From contig JAPLWX010000035.1 of the NCBI GenBank assembly GCA_026396415.1, forward strand, positions 51,381 through 115,380: 64,000 nucleotides of DNA, read 5' to 3'. The position numbers were made by a program, and so were the translations under genes. This document shows, in pieces, positions 9,505 to 18,337 of this stretch. The stretch is from Candidatus Micrarchaeota archaeon. Its GTDB lineage: Archaea; Micrarchaeota; Micrarchaeia; Anstonellales; Anstonellaceae. Below the pieces are notes generated by a model that searched no databases, was not told where the DNA came from, and saw only the letters and a program-made list of their open reading frames with translations. Numbering within the stretch: position 1 is the first letter of the stretch; each line of letters opens with the position of its first letter.

Positions 9505-9509
9505 GGCGG

Positions 9510-11087
9510 CTAGCCCTTTCCCGCGATTCCAAACACGCTCAAGCGCAGCCCCTTGCTTTTCCCAAGCTCGTCGGCAATCTGCCCCACAAGCGCGCCTTTC
9601 ACCTGCGCGTACTGCTCTTTTGGGAGCGCAGTATTCCCAATCGTGTGCCTTGCTCCCTTCATGTTGAAGCAGAACATGCACTCGCTCAGGGCTTCGGAAT
9701 TGTGGCAAAAGTACGAGTCAGCGCACCTGTTGCATGAGTCAAGCTCCATGCACCTGTTGAGGTACTGGGAATTGTAGCACTTGAGCGAGAACTGCGACTC
9801 AAGCACGCGGTGGCAGCCGTAGGCATACTTGGAATTGAGCGCCATGGAGGAAAGCGCCACATTCTCCGCATACACGCCGTCATAGCCCTTGTACGCATTC
9901 ACCACATTGTATGCATGCGGGCAGGCAATGAGATTTGAGTTCTGCCCGTCGCTAAGCTCGTTTGTGAAATATGCCATATCTCCCAGTGCGCCAAGCACTC
10001 CTTCCAAGCCAGTCATGCTCGCCTGCGGCATCTGCAGCTTTGCAAGCTCAAACGATTCGCGCGCAGTCACCAGCCTTTGCCTTGGAAAATCCTTGAGGAC
10101 CGGCATGCTGTCCGGAACATGCGTGATTGAGCCAAAAGAAGTGACAACCTCATGCACGCCAATTGTGCGCGCAGATAGCCAGCCCTCGTAATCCTTTATG
10201 CTTCCAGGCAGGCGCTTGAGCAGGATATTGTAGGTCGTGGCAAATCCCTTCTCAATGGGCGCCATATTCTGCACCTGCTTTTCAGGCGCAAGAGCAAGAG
10301 AAGCAGCGCGCGGCTTCACATTCGGCACAAGCTCGCCTAAAGAGGGGAAGCTTCCCTCCTTTTCCAGAATGTCCGCAACCTCTGCAAGTATTTTTCTCTT
10401 GAGCTCCAGGTACTTTTCCTTTGGAAGCTGCGTGTTGCCTATGCAGTAGCTCTTGTTCCTCTGCCCGAAGGAAAACATCATCTCCCGGCTTCCCAGCACA
10501 TTGTGGCAGAAATAGCAGTCGCTTGACGTTCCCACCATGGAGCTTTCAAGGCTCCGCTTCTGCCCATAGGAGTCTGTGACGCGGATAAGGAATTCTCCGT
10601 TGCCAAGCGCGCCGCAGCCGAATATGTGCTTGCTGCCCTTGCGTATCATGAATGAGGAATCGACGTACTGCGATTCTTCCACATTGGTGGAGTTGCGCAC
10701 GTACTGGGAATCCAGCACAATGTCGGATGACTCCACAAACGCGCTGTTGCCAAGGTGCCGATTGCCAGCATACTCGCATTTTTCCGAAAGCGCGCCAAGC
10801 AGCGAATCCACGTCCTTCATGTCATTCACTGACACGCCATAGCCCCTGTTCAGCTGCAGCTCTTCAGAAGACACGAACCGCGCGCTTGAGGGGAAAGCGT
10901 CGAATGCCACTGCCACATCCTTTCCCGAAAGGTGAGACTTGCGCCTTGCCCCGCGCGGAAGGCTTGCGCCTAGCCATGCCTGGTACTTTGCAAGCGGGCC
11001 GATTTCCCTGCCGAAGATTATCCTGCATGCGCTCCTCCAGGACGAATCGAGCTTTGAGTCTAAAGTATTGCTTGACATGGGCATCAC
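9510..11087 (-). CDS. Octapeptide-repeat Cys-rich protein, fused A+B form (same family)
   Basis: 525 aa. The N half aligns to gene A (SACRIIFGREIGPL, SVNDMKDVDSLLGALSEK, CIGNTQLPKEKYLELK). The C half aligns to gene B (YAYGCHRVLESQFSLKCYNSQYLNRCMELDSCNRCADSYFCHNSEALSECMFCFNMKGARHTIGNTALPKEQY). Confidence 0.75.
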   Translation of the reverse strand: MMPMSSNTLDSKLDSSWRSACRIIFGREIGPLAKYQAWLGASLPRGARRKSHLSGKDVAVAFDAFPSSARFVSSEELQLNRGYGVSVNDMKDVDSLLGALSEKCEYAGNRHLGNSAFVESSDIVLDSQYVRNSTNVEESQYVDSSFMIRKGSKHIFGCGALGNGEFLIRVTDSYGQKRSLESSMVGTSSDCYFCHNVLGSREMMFSFGQRNKSYCIGNTQLPKEKYLELKRKILAEVADILEKEGSFPSLGELVPNVKPRAASLALAPEKQVQNMAPIEKGFATTYNILLKRLPGSIKDYEGWLSARTIGVHEVVTSFGSITHVPDSMPVLKDFPRQRLVTARESFELAKLQMPQASMTGLEGVLGALGDMAYFTNELSDGQNSNLIACPHAYNVVNAYKGYDGVYAENVALSSMALNSKYAYGCHRVLESQFSLKCYNSQYLNRCMELDSCNRCADSYFCHNSEALSECMFCFNMKGARHTIGNTALPKEQYAQVKGALVGQIADELGKSKGLRLSVFGIAGKG

Positions 11088-12022
11088 TGCTCCTCCTTGC
11101 CAAGCTGCTCCAGCTCCTTATTCTCCATTATCTTTGCATATCTCTTTTCAAACGTCTTTGCCAAGCCAGCAATGGCTTGGTATAATGGTCTTTTGGCTTC
11201 TTGGCGCGCAGCAAACTCCCTGTTGTATCTTTGAATGTAGAAATCACTCGGGGCATCGCAGAGATTGTGCGTTGGCGGGAAGTTTGTTTCCGGGTTGTCA
11301 ATTTTGATAAGCTTATAGTCCAAAACTTCGTATTCATACCGAAGATCCAAGTGGAACCTCAATAGCGCATTGTCCTTTGGTTCGGTTGCCAGGAAAGTCA
11401 TGCCGTCGATATCCTGGTTTGTGCTCCAGATTGGATTACTAATACCAGAACCCCCCTCTACAAATCTGATTTCACCAAAGTTTCCTGCGCCCCATATATG
11501 GCCCTGGATGTCAGCCCAAAAGTTCTGCCGACTCGCAACGAATCTAGTCCTCAGGCTTTTTTTGTGGATCTTAACAGTAATTGTAGAATCATTGATGATT
11601 GGCTCTATTGTTAGCTTCCCATCGCGCGCAAAGCCTTGGTGGGCCCAGAAGGTCTGTTCAACGCGCGCGTAATCGATGCCTTCTTTTTTATCCACTTTTC
11701 CAATGGGAGGAATCTGAAAAACCACTTTTGTCCCATTTGTAGTTGACTTGACTATCTCGTCAACCCCACCAAGCGGGCCGAGTGTGGTTGCGATTAGGGT
11801 TCCTGTCCCCAAAGGGAACATTTCATTTAGCCCGCTTATTCCACTATGCCCTTCCTTAAGGGCGCGTATTTCATGTGCGGGCAAAATGACAAGCCTGTTT
11901 TTATTTGCAAACTCAACTGCCTGGACCCAGCCTTTATTGCCGGATATCTGATATAGAGTGGGCATCTTGTAGCCCAAGGTTTGCAAACCCTCAATCTTTT
12001 TCACTTGGTTCATAGTCAACAT
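11084..12022 (-). CDS. Hypothetical protein (unassigned alpha/beta domain)
   Basis: ORF 11084-12199. The start is chosen at the internal ATG at 12022 to avoid a 109-nt overlap with the upstream gene, and is uncertain (12079 and 12013 are alternatives). There is a 4-nt overlap with the Cys-rich gene C downstream. Confidence 0.5.
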   Translation of the reverse strand: MLTMNQVKKIEGLQTLGYKMPTLYQISGNKGWVQAVEFANKNRLVILPAHEIRALKEGHSGISGLNEMFPLGTGTLIATTLGPLGGVDEIVKSTTNGTKVVFQIPPIGKVDKKEGIDYARVEQTFWAHQGFARDGKLTIEPIINDSTITVKIHKKSLRTRFVASRQNFWADIQGHIWGAGNFGEIRFVEGGSGISNPIWSTNQDIDGMTFLATEPKDNALLRFHLDLRYEYEVLDYKLIKIDNPETNFPPTHNLCDAPSDFYIQRYNREFAARQEAKRPLYQAIAGLAKTFEKRYAKIMENKELEQLGKEEQ

Positions 12023-12090
12023 CCCAATCAACCTCCAATTTTTTCCATTTTTCCAAAGTTTACGCTGAGGCTTATGCATTTGGCGCACTC

Positions 12091-13209
12091 CTAACTCTTG
12101 GATATCTCGGCCGCTTTGTCCACTGTCTGTATGGCACCTATTCTTGCACGGATTGCTTTCGCAGCCTCGTCCGCGGCTTGGAATATATCCTGTATGCACC
12201 TCAAAGCGAACTGGGAATGTAAATATTGGGACTGCACATTGTCCAATATTGGCAAAACCGATTCATCCCCAACCCTTCCAAGTATCCGCGCAGCCCATCT
12301 CTTATGGTCGGGCTCGATATCCCTCTCCACAATTATGGCCAGAGTTTTGGTCAATTCTGAGCGCACCAACTCGTCTGTAACCTGGTTTTCAGCAGTAAGT
12401 CTGAGGAGAGCACATATGATGTTGTGTCGGACGTGGCTTGTTTTTCTCAACAGTGCTCTTGTCAATGGTGCAATTGCAGCCGCTGAGCCTGTTCTTTCCA
12501 ATGCCATTGCCGCGCTGCCCCCGTCATATTCGCCCGATTCCACCAGGAGCTTGGCCAAGGCAGGTATCTCGCTTCCGGCGCTTTTGCTATTCCCGATATA
12601 TCTAGCCACCCAGTTATCGATATACATGCGGTGCGGCTTGTTGCCATAAACATAAATAAAACTGGTCAAAGCATTTGTTGCGGTTGGAGAGTCAATCATC
12701 CCAAGAGCCACCACTATGCCGATGTTTGGCTGCCCCCTGCTCTTTTTGAGGCGGTAGGTGAGCTTCCGCAGAATCTTTTCCCCGCCCAGGCTGCCAAGCG
12801 CAATGCCGATTGCCTCTTGAGCGTGCTCGTCACGGGCATATCCCAAATCCAGCGCATCGAAAAGCTTGGAGACAACTTGGGTCTTGTCAATTTTGTACCC
12901 AGTAGCGCTAAGCTCGAGAAGCTCGTAGGCGGCGTCCTTAGCATTATTGCCGTGAAGCTGATTCAGGAGTTCGAACAGCTCTTTTTTCTTTTCTTCGCGT
13001 GCATCTCCCATGAGTTTTTGCCGCTCAAGCAGAGGAAGCGCCTTGAACGTGCTAAGAGCTGTTCCATCAACCTTTCCAAGTATCCCCTTCCGACGCCCAA
13101 GAAAATATTGTTTAGATCCGCCCGCGCCAACTATGGAATGTGTATATGTTTCAGGATTCGCTATTCCAGGCACACGAATCAACCTCTCGCCTTTCACTAT
13201 TATTGCCAT
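12091..13209 (-). CDS. HEAT/PBS-lyase-type repeat protein
   Basis: It has repeated ~30-aa units of the form AxxALGxIGxxxAxxxLxxLL, for example AARILGRVGDESVLPIL and AMALERTGSAAAIAPLTRAL. Confidence 0.65.
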   Translation of the reverse strand: MAIIVKGERLIRVPGIANPETYTHSIVGAGGSKQYFLGRRKGILGKVDGTALSTFKALPLLERQKLMGDAREEKKKELFELLNQLHGNNAKDAAYELLELSATGYKIDKTQVVSKLFDALDLGYARDEHAQEAIGIALGSLGGEKILRKLTYRLKKSRGQPNIGIVVALGMIDSPTATNALTSFIYVYGNKPHRMYIDNWVARYIGNSKSAGSEIPALAKLLVESGEYDGGSAAMALERTGSAAAIAPLTRALLRKTSHVRHNIICALLRLTAENQVTDELVRSELTKTLAIIVERDIEPDHKRWAARILGRVGDESVLPILDNVQSQYLHSQFALRCIQDIFQAADEAAKAIRARIGAIQTVDKAAEISKS

Positions 13210-13344
13210 CCCAATCCACCTCCATTCTGTTTCTTTTCCTGTTCTTGTGTGGTTTAGTGTGGCATAACTTATATATTAAAATTAGCAAGCAAAAATAGCA
13301 CAAAAATGCAAATATTTATAAATAAATTGAGTTATAAGCAACTA

Positions 13345-14319
13345 ATGGCGGAAATGATGGAGCTTGACCTCCTTGACAGGCGCATAATGCACGAGCTGGA
13401 CCTGGACGCGCGCATTTCCGCGTCGCAGCTTGCGCGGAAAGTCAGGAGGAGCAAGGAGACGGTGAACTTCCGCCTCAACAGGCTGCTGCGCGAAGGGTAC
13501 CTGAAGGGATTCTACACCGTCTTTAACACATCCAAGCTAGGCTGGTTCTACGTGAAGCACTACATAAAGTTCAAGGACACCACGCCGAAAAAGGAGGCCG
13601 AGATATTCGAGTACCTGCGCACGCAGCCCAATGTAGCCTACCTGGCGTCTGTTGAGGGAAGGTACGACTGCCTTCTCTTGGTAATAGTGCCCCAGATGGC
13701 GCGCGCGGATGCGTTCCTATCGGCATTCATGGCAAGATACGGCGATTATGTGCAGGCAAAGGACATGACGGTGCTCCTCTCCACGCACAGGCTCAATGCA
13801 AAGTTCCTATTCGCAGGCAAGGAGAGCAGGGACTGGCATTACAAGTATGAGCTGGGAAACTTTACGCCCGACGCAGTGGAGCGCAGGCTATTGGCAGAGC
13901 TTTCCTCAAACGCGAGGATCCAGCTTCTTGAGCTTGCCAAGAAGTGCGGCATCTCGCCTACTGCAGCCGCCTACAGGATGCGAAAGCTGGAGGAGGAGCA
14001 AATCATCCTTGCCTATGTTTCCGAGCCCAATTTCAGCAAGCTGGGACTGCGCTTTGCGCAGGTGAACATCTCGCTTAAGGACCCTGCAGTTAGGAAGCAG
14101 ATAATCTCCTACTTCGACGCCACAAACACGTGCCTGTTCGCAATCGAGATGATGGGAAAGTACGACATCCTTGTGGAGGTGCACACGCAAAGCGAGCAGG
14201 AGCTGCAAAAAATAGTCGACGGCTTCCGCGAGAGGTTCGTGGGCAAGTATGCTGACTACGACGTGTCAACAATAACAAAAGAATACCTCGTGGTGTGGGG
14301 CCCGTTTGCCGAGGGCTAA
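13345..14319 (+). CDS. Tandem-duplicated Lrp/AsnC-family transcriptional regulator (paralog of 5562-6578)
   Basis: There are two HTH_AsnC segments (LDRRIMHELDLDARISASQLARKVRRSKETVNFRLNRLLREGYL and ERRLLAELSSNARIQLLELAKKCGISPTAAAYRMRKLEEEQII), each followed by a RAM-like domain. The start is the ATG at 13345. Confidence 0.8.
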   Translation: MAEMMELDLLDRRIMHELDLDARISASQLARKVRRSKETVNFRLNRLLREGYLKGFYTVFNTSKLGWFYVKHYIKFKDTTPKKEAEIFEYLRTQPNVAYLASVEGRYDCLLLVIVPQMARADAFLSAFMARYGDYVQAKDMTVLLSTHRLNAKFLFAGKESRDWHYKYELGNFTPDAVERRLLAELSSNARIQLLELAKKCGISPTAAAYRMRKLEEEQIILAYVSEPNFSKLGLRFAQVNISLKDPAVRKQIISYFDATNTCLFAIEMMGKYDILVEVHTQSEQELQKIVDGFRERFVGKYADYDVSTITKEYLVVWGPFAEG

Positions 14320-14457
14320 CTCTTTTTCGCCTCGCCACAGCAAAGTCGGTCCAACTTGGCGATGGTTATCTTTCGGTTGCCGTGCCTGTACGTGTGCCGT
14401 TTCGCTATTTTTTTCACTCTCTCCACGTACATCAGTGTCGCTTCTTTTACCATAGAA

Positions 14458-15885
14458 TCAGCCTTTCACAACCCCCATGGGCAGGAGCTTTGCCACGATG
14501 TCGCTGATGCCTGCAGCCTTCACAGAGAGCACCACCTCGTCAACGTCCTTGTAGGCGCCTGGCGCCTCCTCTGCAAGAAGCTCGGACTCGGTGGACTTCA
14601 CAAGTATTCCCCTGCTTGCAAGCTCGCCTGCTATCGCATTGCCCTTCCAGGTGTGGACTGCGCGCGAGCGGCTCATCGCCCTGCCTGCGCCATGGCAGGA
14701 GGAGCCGAACGTGTTTTCCATTGCGCCCTGCTTTCCAACAAGCAGATAGGAGGACGTGCCCATGCTTCCGGGAATGATGACAGGCTGGCCGATGTCCCTG
14801 TAAATGGCTGGAACTTCAATTCGGCCCGCCGCGAATGCGCGCGTGGCGCCCTTCCTGTGCACACACACCTTTTTCCTCTGCCCGTCCACGGTGTGCTCCT
14901 CGAATTTTGCGATGTTGTGGCACACATCATAGACAAGGGGCATCTGCTCCGATGTGCCCTTGCCGAACACCTCGTCAAAAGTTTCCCTTACCCAGTGCAT
15001 CATGATGTGCCTGTTACAGAATGCGTAGTTCACAGCGCAGCGCATGCCCTTGAGGTATTTCTCGGCCTCGGGCGAATTTATGGGCGCGCAGCAAAGCTCA
15101 GGGTCTGGAAGCGGGATGTTGTACTTGCGCGAGGCGGCAAGCATGTCGCGCAGGGAATCGTCGCACACCTGGTGCCCGAACCCGCGCGAGCCGCAGTGCA
15201 GCATCACAACCGCATTCCCTTTCTTCACGCCGAACTTTTCAGCCACGTCGGGAAGCATTATTTCCTGCACATCCTGTATCTCCACGAAATGGTTTCCTGC
15301 GCCTACTGTCCCGAACTGGGGCAAGCCGCGCTTTTTCGCCTTGTCGGTGACCGCGGACGGGTCTGCGCCTTCCATCCTGCCGCCTTCCTCTGTCCTTTCC
15401 TTGTCCTGCCGCGTGCCATAGCCCGAATCAATGGCCCAGTCAATGCCGCGCGTGAGTGCCTCGTCAAGCTCGCGCTCGTTCACGCGCAGCTTGCCTTTCG
15501 AGCCCACGCCCGAAGGGACGTTCTTGAAAAGCAAATCCACAAGCTGGCGCATTTTCGCGCGCACTTCGCTTGAGGTAAGCTGCGTGGAGATGAGCCTCAC
15601 GCCGCAGTTGATGTCATAGCCCACCCCCCCGGGGGACACCACGCCGCCCTGCTCAGGGTCGAATGCCGCCACGCCGCCTATGGGGAATCCGTACCCCTCG
15701 TGCCCGTCTGGCATGAGGCAGGCATTGCCTACTATGCCGGGAAGCGAAGCGACGTTTCGCAGCTGCCCGAAAGTCCTGTCCTTGCCCATGGTGGCGAACA
15801 TCTTGTCGGTTGCGAACACGCGCGCTGCAACCCGCATGGCGCCCTCGCGCGGCATTTCCCAAATCCCGTCGCTTATCTTTTCCAA
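14458..15885 (-). CDS. rtcB: RNA-splicing ligase RtcB
   Basis: 475 aa with the GHEGYGFPIGGVAAFD, NHFVEIQ, HCGSRGFGHQV and SCHGAGR blocks characteristic of RtcB. There is no intein. Confidence 0.9.
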   Translation of the reverse strand: MEKISDGIWEMPREGAMRVAARVFATDKMFATMGKDRTFGQLRNVASLPGIVGNACLMPDGHEGYGFPIGGVAAFDPEQGGVVSPGGVGYDINCGVRLISTQLTSSEVRAKMRQLVDLLFKNVPSGVGSKGKLRVNERELDEALTRGIDWAIDSGYGTRQDKERTEEGGRMEGADPSAVTDKAKKRGLPQFGTVGAGNHFVEIQDVQEIMLPDVAEKFGVKKGNAVVMLHCGSRGFGHQVCDDSLRDMLAASRKYNIPLPDPELCCAPINSPEAEKYLKGMRCAVNYAFCNRHIMMHWVRETFDEVFGKGTSEQMPLVYDVCHNIAKFEEHTVDGQRKKVCVHRKGATRAFAAGRIEVPAIYRDIGQPVIIPGSMGTSSYLLVGKQGAMENTFGSSCHGAGRAMSRSRAVHTWKGNAIAGELASRGILVKSTESELLAEEAPGAYKDVDEVVLSVKAAGISDIVAKLLPMGVVKG

Positions 15886-15897
15886 ATAATCACCATT

Positions 15898-16866
15898 TCA
15901 AGCTGCAAGCCCTTTCTTTATCCTCATCAGCCTCTCCAGCCTTTTCGATGTGAGCGGATGCGTCATGAGAAACTCCATCGCGCCCCCTTTCTTTTCCTTT
16001 TCTATCGCAGAAGCAAGCTCTTCCTCGTTGCCGCTTCTTATTGCGGATGCTATTTCTGCGATGCTCATCTTGCTGCCCGAAGGCTCTGCGATGTAAAGCG
16101 CGCTTGCCATGCTGCCAGTTCCCTGCTTTGCCGCGCCTGCCGCTTGCCCGTAGGTTATTTTCGCAAGCGCAGACATCAGGGGCACTGGGTTGCCTGTGAG
16201 GCGCGCGGAGAACTCGTCCGCGAAATATTCGCGCTGGCGCGATAGCCACATCACCATGAGCTGGCCTATGAACTGTGCCACGAAGGCGCCAAGTATGGTC
16301 ATGATGCTGCTCCTGCCCTCCCTGTCGCTGCCGAAGATGAGGAAGCCGTAGTAGAGCATGACGGGAATGACGGATGCCAAAGTCATCACCGCCACGTCGC
16401 GGTTGTTTATGTGCCCGATTTCGTGCGCAAGCACGCCCTCAACCTCGTCCTTGCTGAGCACGGAAAGCAGCCCTGAATGCACCGCGATGTTGGAGTCGGA
16501 CTGCGTCCTGCCGAAGGCGAATGCGTTTGGCGTCGGGTTGTTCACCATGTAGAGCTTGGGCATTGGAAGGCGCGCTTTCTGCGTGAGCCTCTGCACTATC
16601 TCGAAAAGCTCGGGCGCAGCCTCGCGCGAAAGTGTCTTGGCGCCTGTAGCCCACTTGATGATGGCAGGCCCGAAGTACCACTGCGCGCCTATCATCACAA
16701 ACGAGACCAAAATCCACATTAGGATGCTTCCCGAGCCGCCAAAGCCCAGGTAGTTGAGAAGCAGCCCCATCACTGCCGCCACTAGCCCGAATACAAGCAC
16801 GCTGGTAAGAAGCACGCGGATGCGCATGCCCCACCCTGGATTGAAGCCAACATCAGTACCTGCCAT
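15898..16866 (-). CDS. htpX: Zinc metalloprotease HtpX (M48 family)
   Basis: The HEIGHINNRD zincin motif and four TM segments fit HtpX. A 12-nt gap to rtcB downstream suggests they form an operon. Confidence 0.9.
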   Translation of the reverse strand: MAGTDVGFNPGWGMRIRVLLTSVLVFGLVAAVMGLLLNYLGFGGSGSILMWILVSFVMIGAQWYFGPAIIKWATGAKTLSREAAPELFEIVQRLTQKARLPMPKLYMVNNPTPNAFAFGRTQSDSNIAVHSGLLSVLSKDEVEGVLAHEIGHINNRDVAVMTLASVIPVMLYYGFLIFGSDREGRSSIMTILGAFVAQFIGQLMVMWLSRQREYFADEFSARLTGNPVPLMSALAKITYGQAAGAAKQGTGSMASALYIAEPSGSKMSIAEIASAIRSGNEEELASAIEKEKKGGAMEFLMTHPLTSKRLERLMRIKKGLAA

Positions 16867-17000
16867 GATTTCACCTCTGCAGTGCCTTGATGGGAGAGAA
16901 GGAGTATAAAAAAGTGCCTATCCGGACTTTTCAGGAAGCGCGCCATTGCCCTGCGCGCAAGCCCTTTAATCCTTCCACCCGGAATCTTCCCGGCAATGCC

Positions 17001-18182
17001 ATGGACGAAGATGGGAAAGAGGCGCGCTCCCTTGTGCAGGAGAAGAGGCTGATTGAGGAAAAGCTCAGGCTCGCGGGAGGGGACGATTTTAGCTTCCTGC
17101 TAAAGGATTGCTCGGACCTGTCGGACATAATAGACGAAATAGAGGATGTCAGCAGCCAGATGCACGAAAAGGAGCATGCCGCCTTTGAGGCGAAGATAAA
17201 GTTCTCAAGGAAAATCCGGCGCAAGGCAAAGGACATGTTGAATTTCGAGCAGCAGCTGGTGTCGGAATATGAGAACAAGCACATCACGCTTGAGCACGGG
17301 AAAAGGATGGTGTCCATCATCAAGCTGCTGCGCTCCAAAAGCGTGGACAAGGCCAGGCGCGAAGCCAAGGAATTCTACGGGTTCTTGGAGATGGGCTCGC
17401 GGCTTGAGATAATCAATGACTTGCTTCTGAAGAAAAGGGCGCAGGCTGAGCGCTCCTTGCGCGGCGTGGAGGCTTTGCTGTCGGATTTGGAATGGCTGGC
17501 AAAGGAGCCTGCGGCTGACGAGGAGAAGGTGAAAAGGCATGATGAAAAAGTGCAGATTGGCGTACAGCTTTCAAAAATTTGGCAGGGCCATGTGCAATCG
17601 CTCAAGTCCATGCCCATGCCGGGGCTTCTTGGGAAAATGAGGGAAGATGAACTTGGCAAAATCGGCTTTCCGGAGATAAGCGGCAATGAGGCAGAGGCGC
17701 TGGCGGCATTTTTGGAAAAGTCCGGGCTTGAAACGCGCTCCGCGGAGCAGCTGCATGACATGGCAAGGCAAAGCGAGCAGCTGCTGCGGCATTTGGGGCT
17801 GGACCTGCCGCTCTTCAGGCAGGAAGTGGCGGCAAGGAGGGCGTTCCTGTTTGGCATAATGTCATATTCCGCAGATTCACGCGCGCCAGATCTTGCCTAC
17901 CTGGCAAAGCACGATGAAGCCGCGCGCAGGCTGGCTGAGCGGTTATCAGAGCTTGAGAAGACAGGGGAGCAGGACAAGAGGGAATGGGAGCGCACGGAAA
18001 AGATAAGGCAAATGAAGGAGGAGCTTGCAGGCGCGGACAAGGCAACGTTTGAAAAGTCCCTGCAGGAGCTTCGCGCACTTCTGGATGTGCTGGACGGGAA
18101 AGCCGCGCCTGAAAAGGCAGAGGAAAGCAAAGAAGAAAATGGGCTGATTGGCTCGATATTGAAGCTATTCGGCAAAAAGTGA
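17001..18182 (+). CDS. Hypothetical coiled-coil protein
   Basis: The ORF is rich in Glu, Lys, Leu and Arg. The start is chosen at the ATG at 17001 (ORF 16887) to leave promoter space opposite the divergent htpX. Confidence 0.45.
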   Translation: MDEDGKEARSLVQEKRLIEEKLRLAGGDDFSFLLKDCSDLSDIIDEIEDVSSQMHEKEHAAFEAKIKFSRKIRRKAKDMLNFEQQLVSEYENKHITLEHGKRMVSIIKLLRSKSVDKARREAKEFYGFLEMGSRLEIINDLLLKKRAQAERSLRGVEALLSDLEWLAKEPAADEEKVKRHDEKVQIGVQLSKIWQGHVQSLKSMPMPGLLGKMREDELGKIGFPEISGNEAEALAAFLEKSGLETRSAEQLHDMARQSEQLLRHLGLDLPLFRQEVAARRAFLFGIMSYSADSRAPDLAYLAKHDEAARRLAERLSELEKTGEQDKREWERTEKIRQMKEELAGADKATFEKSLQELRALLDVLDGKAAPEKAEESKEENGLIGSILKLFGKK

Positions 18183-18198
18183 AAGCCCCCGACGAGGA
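18183..18198. repeat. att-like direct repeat AAGCCCCCGACGAGGA, identical to the tRNA-Thr 3' end region at 29877-29892
   Basis: A 16-nt exact match, read from the sequence. Confidence 0.6.
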
Positions 18199-18337
18199 GC
18201 TGCCTTTCGGTTAAACTTAAGGGGGCTACGGCGGGCAAAGCCATAACGCGAAACGACGGTTTTTTGTTGCAGAACGCCCCAAGTTTACTTGCCCCTTTTT
18301 TAATTTATCATGTAAATAATTAGAATAAGGTGGTTTT

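Noticed and set aside
14356-15573. 405-aa plus-strand ORF antisense to rtcB
   Set aside because: It lies entirely within the well-supported RtcB gene on the opposite strand. Its His/Ala/Arg-rich composition is typical of antisense frames in GC-rich DNA, and it has no motifs.
14458-15885. Intein in RtcB
   Set aside because: The length (475 aa) and contiguous conserved blocks indicate that no intein is inserted.
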